A DNA stretch of 20,000 nt, from the NCBI GenBank assembly GCA_030638685.1, contig DAOWED010000063.1:1-20000 (forward strand), written 5' to 3'. Positions within the stretch are counted from its first letter, which is position 1; each line of letters opens with the position of its first letter. The translations under genes and the position numbers were made by a program. This DNA is from Candidatus Heimdallarchaeota archaeon (lineage in GTDB: Archaea > Asgardarchaeota > Heimdallarchaeia > Heimdallarchaeales > DAOWED01). Below are positions 1 to 7,210 of this stretch, piece by piece. The notes under the pieces were generated by a model that saw only the letters and a program-made list of their open reading frames with translations, was not told where the DNA came from and searched no databases.

Positions 1-1
1 T

Positions 2-196
2 AAATGTGGTAGACTAGGCAAAAGAAAAGGAAAAACCCTTTTCTGTTACCATTGTAAAAGTTCTTCTGGTTCTCTCCGTCAAGTTGATAGTGACCTCAAT
101 GCCGCACGCAACATCGCTATCTCTCCTCTTCCTTTTAGCCAATGGCGAAAAAGGCAGCCCCCCGTTTTGGTGCACTCCCTAATAGGCATTAACTAA
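2..196 (+). mobile_element. tnpB: C-terminal fragment of TnpB (IS200/IS605-family OrfB), 5' end outside window
   Basis: Frame 2 reads KCGRLGKRKGKTLFCYHCKSSSGSLRQVDSDLNAARNIAISPLPFSQWRKRQPPVLVHSLIGIN*. It has part of the zinc ribbon (CxxC) and the DxNAARNI RuvC-III motif typical of TnpB. Confidence 0.85.
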
Positions 197-528
197 ATAT
201 CTTCGGGTGTTTAAGTTTTTGTGAATTTGAAAAAACGGTGAAAGTAAGATTAGATGAAGAAAAAGAGCTGATTAGAATAAGTCAGTCTTTCTTTGATAAA
301 GAAAAAAGTGTTCTTAAAATAGATTTTGAGTTTATTATTATTTCAGAAAATGAAGTAATCGACCGGTTTACGGAAGTACATTACATTAAAACCTACACTT
401 TTGAAAGCATAACAAAATTAATTACAGAAGGAGAGTGTAAGGTTTTAGGTTTCTACAAAGATAATCTAAATGTAGAGCAAGCAACGGAAAACGAGTTCAG
501 AGTAATAGCTGCTGTAAAGCCTGCATGA
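193..528 (+). pseudogene. C-terminal part of a class I SAM-dependent methyltransferase-like protein, probably truncated by the IS element
   Basis: The open frame runs from 193 without a methionine until GTG 238. The C-terminus (FDKEKSVLKIDFEFIIISENEVIDRFTEVHYIKTYTFESITKLITEGECKVLGFYKDNL..ENEFRVIAAVKPA) resembles the C-terminal sheet of small SAM methyltransferases. No SAM-binding GxGxG region is present. Confidence 0.5.
194..213 (+). repeat. Hairpin with TTCG loop directly at the tnpB stop; candidate IS200/IS605 right-end hairpin / omega-RNA 3' stem
   Basis: TAAATATC-TTCG-GGTGTTTA forms 8 pairs (with G-T wobbles) around a TTCG loop, immediately 3' of tnpB. Confidence 0.5.
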
Positions 529-549
529 AACAAATTAAGGAGATAACAA

Positions 550-1128
550 ATGACTGAAACTAGTGATAATACATTATTAAAACCGTTAAACATGATTATT
601 GGTTGGATCATACTAATCTTTCTCTATCTTGTTTCGCCAATTTACCAAGGATATGACATGTTTGTAGATAATTATTTTCAGGTAAATTGGGCAGGAAAAA
701 TCAGTGGAAAAGGTATTTCAGTGCTCTATGATGGAAATAATAATGGAATAGTTGAAAAGTGGCCAATTGGGCTTTTTGCAATCATTCTTACTATCTTTTT
801 CATATGTTCTTTCCTAGCAGGATTATACTGGAATGAATTTTCAAAGGGTCAAGTAACATTATGGCAACTAGAGTTTTCATTTTATCTTCAGATAATTTCA
901 CTATTCTTAATAGCAATTTCATCAGTTTATGTAGCGAGTTATGATGCAGATTACAAACCAACGCTATTAGGAACAGTAATCTGGTTGATCTGTCTAATGG
1001 AATTATACGTGATTTATAGCGTTAGAAAATACTGGAATGAGAGAAAAAGTCAGAAAGAAGAACTAGAAGAGTTAGAAAAGAAGGAAGAGATTAAAGAAGA
1101 GGAAAATGAAAAAGAAAAAATTAACTGA
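550..1128 (+). CDS. Hypothetical membrane protein (about 4 TM segments, charged C-terminal tail)
   Basis: 192-aa ORF, ATG start preceded by a GGAG-like Shine-Dalgarno sequence, hydrophobic segments, tail KKEEIKEEENEKEKIN. Confidence 0.75.
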   Translation: MTETSDNTLLKPLNMIIGWIILIFLYLVSPIYQGYDMFVDNYFQVNWAGKISGKGISVLYDGNNNGIVEKWPIGLFAIILTIFFICSFLAGLYWNEFSKGQVTLWQLEFSFYLQIISLFLIAISSVYVASYDADYKPTLLGTVIWLICLMELYVIYSVRKYWNERKSQKEELEELEKKEEIKEEENEKEKIN

Positions 1129-1549
1129 GTGCAGTGGTTCCGGTTGAGGCTCCCCTGCCTCCAATAAAAGAAGCAGCTAGATAAAGAAGGAAGTTAAGAA
1201 AGAGAATAGCACCAGTTTCCATTTTTACGGTCCCATTGTTGATGAGATCATAAACGGCAGCAATTGCAGGATAAACCATAAGCATTAAAGAACGAATATA
1301 AGTGGTTATTTCATGTTTTCTAAGTCTTTTTTCACGACGTCGAATTTCTTCTTTACGATATTTGACGTTTTGTTCATCTCTTAAGACTTGGTCCATACGT
1401 TTTCTTAAGTGAGCCTCACGTTCGGCGAATGCTCTTTTCATACCATCGATAGCTCGATCAGCTCTAAGCCAAAAAGCATAAAACAATGCTGTGGTCACTG
1501 AGCTAATAGAGAGACCGATGAATAGCATTAGTTCAAGATTTGTGACCAT
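1121..1549 (-). CDS. Hypothetical membrane protein with a central charged, coiled-coil-like segment
   Basis: 142-aa ORF with an N-terminal TM, an Arg/Glu-rich helix and C-terminal TMs. Its 3' end overlaps the convergent upstream gene by 8 nt. Confidence 0.65.
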   Translation of the reverse strand: MVTNLELMLFIGLSISSVTTALFYAFWLRADRAIDGMKRAFAEREAHLRKRMDQVLRDEQNVKYRKEEIRRREKRLRKHEITTYIRSLMLMVYPAIAAVYDLINNGTVKMETGAILFLNFLLYLAASFIGGRGASTGTTALS

Positions 1550-1740
1550 GAGAAAAACCTCGCTCAGAAAATTCTAAAAAAAGTTCTGTTACGTATTATT
1601 ATCCACTTTATAACTTAAGAACATTTACACTTGGAAAAAAATTATCTAGTTATTTTATCAGCAAATGAACCCAGAGATATCATAAAAATATTTCAAGCAA
1701 TGCTACTTGAATAGAAGATTTGATTAGTGAGAAGAAGAAT

Positions 1741-2211
1741 ATGGGCATCATGACGTTATTAATAACACTACATAATGTTGGATCATCACAACGTTGTCAA
1801 GAGTTTGTACAGATTGCTTCAGGACTAGGATTCAAGAACTTAGCAATTACCAAAGCAAGTGGAAGTGCAGCGTCTCGAGGGATTCCTCAAGCTCAGAAAA
1901 TAGCTGTAAAAAGTAATGCTAACTTTATGTTTTTAGGAAATATATCAGATGTAATAGAGGTTTATAACCCCGATGAAATAATACTAGTAGCGCCTCCGCC
2001 ATTTGGGGATGACTTATGGAACCCAGAAGAGGTAAAAAAAGAAAGCGAAGAAAAGAGATTACTACTAATCTTTGGAGGAAGTAGTCCAGGGCTAAGTAGG
2101 AGAGAGTTGGATATGGGGAAAGCAGTAAATCTAGATGTACCAATAGAAGTAGGATCAATAGGAACACTGGCAATAGCACTTTATGAACTAAAGAAAGTTC
2201 TGAAAGAATAA
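1741..2211 (+). CDS. SPOUT/SpoU-like RNA methylase family protein (archaeal COG4080-type)
   Basis: Sequence LLLIFGGSSPGLSRREL...VPIEVGSIGTLAIALYELKKVL matches the SPOUT knot pattern. The listed ORF starts at TTG 1720; ATG 1741 or 1750 is more likely. Confidence 0.65.
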   Translation: MGIMTLLITLHNVGSSQRCQEFVQIASGLGFKNLAITKASGSAASRGIPQAQKIAVKSNANFMFLGNISDVIEVYNPDEIILVAPPPFGDDLWNPEEVKKESEEKRLLLIFGGSSPGLSRRELDMGKAVNLDVPIEVGSIGTLAIALYELKKVLKE

Positions 2212-2255
2212 AAACAGAGAAAAGAGAAGATCAATAAAAAAAAAGCCTATATAGA

Positions 2256-2711
2256 CTAATTGGACATTTTTTTGCGAATACGAGAGGAGGAAATAATTTT
2301 ACCTTCTTCATCACGCAGACGAGAGATAGTAACAATGGTTAAGGGAGTAAGGCCATGTTTTGTACGTTCTTCATTAATGTTATAGGCAGTGATTTTAGTT
2401 TCAGGAGTAACAACAATAACATCGGCAGAATCATACTCAACAGCTTGACCATAGGGTTCGTTTAAGGAAAGGATCTCAAAATCAGTGAAATTATTAGAAA
2501 GGAAAAAAGACTCAACAGAAGAATAACGCTGAGAATAGGGTTGAATAAGCTCAGGGCAAATTTTACGATCTCTTAACTTTTCAAGAAAACTATCTGAAAC
2601 TAAGCCAATGCTAACCTTATCAGAAACTAACATCATAGTAGAGAGAAGACGTTTATGACCAGGATGGAAGTGGTCGAAAGTACCACCGCCTACACAGATA
2701 GTGAATTTCAC
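2256..2711 (-). CDS. coaD: Archaeal-type phosphopantetheine adenylyltransferase
   Basis: N-terminal GGTFDHFHPGHK nucleotidyltransferase motif and C-terminal SSSRIRKK region. Confidence 0.88.
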   Translation of the reverse strand: MKFTICVGGGTFDHFHPGHKRLLSTMMLVSDKVSIGLVSDSFLEKLRDRKICPELIQPYSQRYSSVESFFLSNNFTDFEILSLNEPYGQAVEYDSADVIVVTPETKITAYNINEERTKHGLTPLTIVTISRLRDEEGKIISSSRIRKKMSN

Positions 2712-2958
2712 GTGAGATGTATAAAATTAATCAGTTAACAAATTTTCGATTGAGAAATAAGTATCAGAAAAAAACTAAAAGAAAAGAGAAAAACTAAAAA
2801 AAATGTTTAATTAGGAGGAAAAAAAGAAGAGAATATAACAGTTCTGAAAGGAACAAACGGAAGTCACTCCATTCAACAACTTCATAAAGGAAGTGAATAG
2901 TGATAAGATTGTGTGTCCATGATGGACGAGTGTTTGCTAAAGATGCGTTCTGAGCAAC

Positions 2959-3076
2959 GGTAACACAGAAGATAAGCCCAATTGCGTAAAGCACATTACT
3001 GATCTATTGGTCGGGAAAGGTTTCAAGTTGGCATTCGTGCCGATCATAGCGTTGGGGTAACTCCTGTACCCATTCG
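2959..3076 (+). rRNA. Putative circularly permuted 5S rRNA gene
   Basis: The 5S elements occur in permuted order. First comes the 3' half: AACACAGAAGATAAGCCCAAT..GCG (2962-2986), then the domain gamma hairpin CTGATC-TATT-GGTCGG (2999-3014) with GGGAAA. Next is helix I, TTGGCA-TTCG-TGCCGA (3028-3043), then the 5' half TCATAGCGTTGGGGTAACTCCTGTACCCATTCG (3044-3076). Helix II (GC+GTTGGG 3049-3056 with CCCAAT+GC 2977-2985, T2983 bulged) and helix III (CTGT 3064-3067 with ACAG 2965-2968) pair correctly. Exact mature ends are unknown. Confidence 0.82.
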
Positions 3077-3086
3077 AAATCCTGTC

Positions 3087-3126
3087 ATGGTTTCACGGTG
3101 TGGAAACCGTTTTTCCAATTTTTTTT
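3087..3126 (+). terminator. Hairpin followed by T-tracts downstream of the permuted 5S gene
   Basis: ATGGTTTC..GAAACCGT stem (3087-3094 with 3103-3110), then TTTTCCAATTTTTTTT. Confidence 0.55.
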
Positions 3127-3236
3127 TCTATCTTAGTTTAACCTTTGATTTTATTTTTTATTATCTTCAATCTTTTCTCTTCTTTCGTTTAACCATCATT
3201 TGTTAACTCTTCATTGATTTTAACCTGCTCAGAAAT

Positions 3237-3256
3237 AATATTATACGTATAATATT
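3237..3256. repeat. 20-bp perfect palindrome
   Basis: AATATTATACGTATAATATT. Confidence 0.8.
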
Positions 3257-3315
3257 CATTTTAATGAAATAATCAACCCCTCTAAAAAACCCCCTAGTTG
3301 CAGTCTAAATCTAGA

Positions 3316-3334
3316 TAACTCCTGTACCCATTCG
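3316..3334 (+). repeat. Second copy of a 19-nt segment of the 5S loop B/helix III/loop C region
   Basis: TAACTCCTGTACCCATTCG is identical to 3058-3076; here it is followed by CTTTTTTT. Confidence 0.85.
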
Positions 3335-3432
3335 CTTTTTTTCTTGGCAACTGGCAACTTATCTTATTGCTTTCTTTCTAATTAAAATGGTTGAAGAGCA
3401 CTCTGCTCCTCTTTCTTTACTTTGTATATCTT

Positions 3433-4815
3433 TCAATGCTTTTTTATGAATTTTATTACTTCTTCTGTCGTTCCTGTTATTTCTTCTGATTCTTTTAGAT
3501 TTCTTATGGTATATTGCTCATTCTTTGCATCCTTCTCTCCTACTAGTATTGCATTCTCTATACCTAATCTATCCAACTTATCGAATCTTGTCCCTAGCCT
3601 TCCAAACTTCGTTTCCAGTTCTATTGTTATTCCTTCTTTTCTCAGTTCATCAGCTAACTTGAACGCTCTTTCCAGCATTTTTTCATTGAGTGGTAATATT
3701 CCACACTTTGCTCTTGGCTCTTTTTCTCGTGGTTCCTGCTCTACTAAACAATCTATTACTCTGTTTAACCCTATCGCAAATCCTGCTGCTGGTACTTCTT
3801 GTCCTCCTAATAACCCTACAAGATTATCATACCTTCCTCCTCCTGCCAATGATCCTCCTGAATAATCTGCTTCTACTTCAAAAACTATCCCTGTGTAATA
3901 ATCCAGCCCTCTTACTATTGAAGTATCGAATTCTACTGTTTTTTCCATCCCCATCTTTTTGCATATCTCGAATACTTCTTTTAGTTTTTTCAAGCTTTCT
4001 TTCCCTAGTTCTGAAGTTACCATTTTTGCTAATGTTTCTAATCTTTCCTCTGAATCTCCTTTTATTGTCATTATATCTAGCAGTTCTTCGAATATTTCTT
4101 TCGCTTTTGTTTCGTTTATTTCTTCCTTGGTCTCACTAGATAATTTCTGATAACTTTCATCGATGTAACTATTTACCTCTTCTATGGTCATCTTCTCTGT
4201 TTTATCTAGTGCTCTTAAGAAGATTAATCTTATCTCTTCTTTTTCTGGTACTCCTAAATAGCTTAATAGTGCATTTATTAGTCCTCTATCACTCACTTTT
4301 ATTCTGAAATCTTTTATTCCTGTTTCTTTGAAGAAGTCGTTTAGTACCCATATTACTTCAGCATCAGCTAGTGCTCCTTCTGGACCTATAAGTTCTATTC
4401 CAAATTGCCAGAATTCTCTTAGCCTTGTTCTTTTAGTATCTTCATCTCTCCACATTGGTCCTACATAATAGAACTTTACTGGTTTGACAAATTTCAGGTA
4501 TTGGCTTGCTACTATTCTTGATGACCCTATTGTTGCATCAAACCTTAGTGCATATTTGAAATCATCAAGTTCAGCTGGTTCACTTGTTAGTTTTCTTATC
4601 TGAGTATTTTCTATTACAGAGAATAATCCCTCAGCTAACTCTTCTGATGATTTTACTGAAAGTATTTTTTTGAATTCCATTAATGGTGGAAAAACAGGTT
4701 CATATCCATGTAATTCTGCGACTCTTGAGCTTAGGTGCATCATTTTTTGTAGTAATGAAGCTTTAATTTCTATTATATCCGTTGTTCCTTTTGGAGTATC
4801 TAAATCGAGTCGCAT
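3433..4815 (-). CDS. hisS: Histidine--tRNA ligase
   Basis: 460 aa; class II motif 2-like region (YYVGPMWRDEDTKRTRLREFWQFGIELIG) and HisRS-specific GLDYYTGIVFE, GGGRYDNL and GFAIGLNR. Confidence 0.93.
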   Translation of the reverse strand: MRLDLDTPKGTTDIIEIKASLLQKMMHLSSRVAELHGYEPVFPPLMEFKKILSVKSSEELAEGLFSVIENTQIRKLTSEPAELDDFKYALRFDATIGSSRIVASQYLKFVKPVKFYYVGPMWRDEDTKRTRLREFWQFGIELIGPEGALADAEVIWVLNDFFKETGIKDFRIKVSDRGLINALLSYLGVPEKEEIRLIFLRALDKTEKMTIEEVNSYIDESYQKLSSETKEEINETKAKEIFEELLDIMTIKGDSEERLETLAKMVTSELGKESLKKLKEVFEICKKMGMEKTVEFDTSIVRGLDYYTGIVFEVEADYSGGSLAGGGRYDNLVGLLGGQEVPAAGFAIGLNRVIDCLVEQEPREKEPRAKCGILPLNEKMLERAFKLADELRKEGITIELETKFGRLGTRFDKLDRLGIENAILVGEKDAKNEQYTIRNLKESEEITGTTEEVIKFIKKH

Positions 4816-4942
4816 AACTGATTATTGCTATCATCTATTATAAGATTTAAGCATCTTGAGTCATTCATTTATATCTACTCGCTATTTCATTTTATTCTTC
4901 AACCATCAATTACTTTATCATTAATTGTTCGTTCTTTAGTAT

Positions 4943-5905
4943 GTGATCCCCGTAATTTTAGTTCGTTATGGTGAAATTAGTTTAAAAAGCAAAGCTACTA
5001 TCCGTCGAATGATTCGTCATCTTACCAATAACATTAAAATTGCTTTATCTCGCGCTGATATTGCTTTTGATAATATTAGTTACCGTAATTCTAGGGTTAT
5101 TGTCTATACCGAGCAAGCAAAAGAAGGGGCTAAAATTATTGCTCAAAGAGTCCCTGGAGTTGTTTCAACTAGCAGTGCTTTTCTTTCTAAAACGTCTTAT
5201 GCTGACATTCAACAGACTCTAAATCAAGTTCTTGTTTCTTCTTTTTTTGAAAATACCAAAACTTTCGCCATTAGAGTTAACAGGGTAGGCACCCATGATT
5301 TTTCTTCCCGGGAAATGACCTTATGGCTTGCTGATCAAGTTTATCAAATTGCTACCTCCTTTAATTGCTCTCTTGGTGTTGATTTAGATCATCCTGACTT
5401 GAAGGTAAGTGTTGATATCAGACGTGATAACACTTTTCTTTTTTTTGACAAGGTTGCTGGTGTTGGAGGATTACCAATGGGTACTCAAGAGGACGCTATT
5501 GCCATAATCAGAGGTTTCTATGAAGACTATGTTGCCGCAACTGCTGTTATGAAAAGAGGAGTTATCTTGAAAATTATTGTCTTTGCTGAATATCCTGCTT
5601 TTCTATCTAATAAAGAAGAAAATGAAAGGGCCTTAGAATATCTTAACCTCTTACAACCAAGGCAGCCCACCATTATCTTTGCTCCTGAAAAAAGGACTAC
5701 TGAACAGGAATGGGGTATTTACATTCGAGACACAGTTGTTAATGAGCTCCAAATGTATGGTGCTAGAGGCGTATCTATCTTTTCTTCCGATTCTAGAGAA
5801 TGGTTGGATTCTTTTCCCCCCAGTCTTTCTATTTACGAGCCTCTTTTTGCCTTAGATCTTGATGAAATTATTTATCCCTTCTCCTTTTTCAACCTTAAAT
5901 GGTAA
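4943..5905 (+). CDS. ThiI-like THUMP-domain protein with a degenerate PP-loop (AANH) domain
   Basis: N-terminal VRYGEISLKS, THUMP region FAIRVNRVGTHDFSS, then VGGLPMGTQ, MKRG and PLFALDLDEII as in ThiI; the SGGxDS loop is absent. GTG start. Confidence 0.75.
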   Translation: MIPVILVRYGEISLKSKATIRRMIRHLTNNIKIALSRADIAFDNISYRNSRVIVYTEQAKEGAKIIAQRVPGVVSTSSAFLSKTSYADIQQTLNQVLVSSFFENTKTFAIRVNRVGTHDFSSREMTLWLADQVYQIATSFNCSLGVDLDHPDLKVSVDIRRDNTFLFFDKVAGVGGLPMGTQEDAIAIIRGFYEDYVAATAVMKRGVILKIIVFAEYPAFLSNKEENERALEYLNLLQPRQPTIIFAPEKRTTEQEWGIYIRDTVVNELQMYGARGVSIFSSDSREWLDSFPPSLSIYEPLFALDLDEIIYPFSFFNLKW

Positions 5906-5921
5906 CCTTGGGATTTTTTCC

Positions 5922-6503
5922 TTATTCTTCAAAGATTTGTCCTTCAAATCTAAAGAATTTGACATCTTCCCTCTTCCAATAATCATTTGGTAGTGATGCT
6001 TTTCTGCAAGTATTCTCCAAGAATTTTTTTTCATCCCAATTCCATTCTACCGGTACTTGTGGTAAAAGCAGCCCCTTTAATTCTTTGAATTGCACTATTA
6101 ACCCATGTTTTCCAATTATTATTTCTTTAACTCTATCTTCTGGTTTCTCTGTTACCATTTTTTCGGGTACCGTTAATATTGTTATTTCCAGATTTATCTC
6201 CGACAATTCTTCTAATTCTACTTTCGGAAAACGAGGGTCCTTTACTGCAGCATTTATTGCCGATTCTATCACTGCTTCCCCTAGAGGTTTAACGGGGTAT
6301 GGCATACCTATACACCCTCTCAGAGTTTTTTTTCCTCCTCTTTCTTTTCTCAATGTTACGAAAACACCTCTTGGTTCCTTTAATACGGGATATTTTGTCA
6401 ATAGTTCTTCAGATACCTTTTCTTTTTTACCTGATGTCAAGTATTTTGTTAACACTTGTCTTGCCATTACAATTAATTCTTTTCCTAATTCTTCAGAAAG
6501 CAT
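5922..6503 (-). CDS. AMMECR1-domain protein
   Basis: 193 aa with LRGCIGMPYPVKPLGEAV, DPRFP and LPQVPVEWNWDEKKFLENTCRKA, typical of the archaeal AMMECR1 family. Confidence 0.9.
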   Translation of the reverse strand: MLSEELGKELIVMARQVLTKYLTSGKKEKVSEELLTKYPVLKEPRGVFVTLRKERGGKKTLRGCIGMPYPVKPLGEAVIESAINAAVKDPRFPKVELEELSEINLEITILTVPEKMVTEKPEDRVKEIIIGKHGLIVQFKELKGLLLPQVPVEWNWDEKKFLENTCRKASLPNDYWKREDVKFFRFEGQIFEE

Positions 6504-6570
6504 TTTTCTCAGCTCGTTCTTTGGCTTTTTTTATGGTCAATTTCATTGTTTGCCAATGAGTACCTACCCA

Positions 6571-7050
6571 TTACATCTTATTACACTGTTTGCAATAATA
6601 AAATCGATCATTTATTTCCCAACTTTGTTCTGGTATAAGTTTTTTCAGACTCATCTTTTCTATGTCTTCTTTCTTATAAAACTGTAGCTCTGAGTTACAA
6701 TCAGTGCATCTATAGTTTTTTTGATGTGTTTCTATAATGACTCCGCATTTGCTTACCAGAGCTAGTTGAGTATTGAAATCTGTCACTTTGCTTGAGAGTT
6801 TAATAATCCCTAATGATTCACCTAACGCTTTCATTGCTATATCTTGTGCTTTTGTTATTATTATTCGTCCTTCTGCCCTTGAATGCTTAGCTAAGTCTCT
6901 TTCTTCTTTATTTTCTTCATACAACGTGTCATATCCCATTATTCTAAAAAAGCGAGCTAACCGCCCCAATGAACCCCCTACTAAGAATTTTGTTTCTCTT
7001 GAAAACTCTTTGAATGATGAACTCAAATTCACTTCATATAACTCACTCAT
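6571..7050 (-). CDS. Mut7-C RNase domain / zinc-ribbon protein, apparently ended early by an in-frame TAA
   Basis: KFLVGGSLGRLARFFRIMGYDTLY...RIIITKAQD and C-terminal CxxC...CKQCNKM. The conserved family continuation (WVGTHWQTM...) is in frame after the TAA, up to TGA at 6493-6495. Confidence 0.8.
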   Translation of the reverse strand: MSELYEVNLSSSFKEFSRETKFLVGGSLGRLARFFRIMGYDTLYEENKEERDLAKHSRAEGRIIITKAQDIAMKALGESLGIIKLSSKVTDFNTQLALVSKCGVIIETHQKNYRCTDCNSELQFYKKEDIEKMSLKKLIPEQSWEINDRFYYCKQCNKM

Positions 7051-7210
7051 TAATTCCTTTCACCTGATTACTTTATTATTCGACTTCCTCTCTTATTTTT
7101 TTTTCCACTTTCGTCTTTCAGTTCCCTTTATTTTAAGGAGAAATCGGCGCCTTTCTGCTCTTTAAAAATCATGCCCAAATATTAAAGAATTAGAATTAGT
7201 ATTCAGACAT

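Noticed and set aside
2911-2928. GTCCA-TGA-TGGAC hairpin (2916-2928) as part of a larger SRP or RNase P RNA
   Set aside because: No conserved SRP or RNase P core motifs were found; the downstream region is fully explained by permuted 5S elements.
2794-2994. 66-aa minus-strand ORF
   Set aside because: It overlaps the 3' half of the permuted 5S on the opposite strand and has no recognisable domain; likely spurious.
3422-4150. Plus-strand ORFs of 147, 149 and 63 aa
   Set aside because: Ser/Phe/Leu-rich antisense shadows of hisS.
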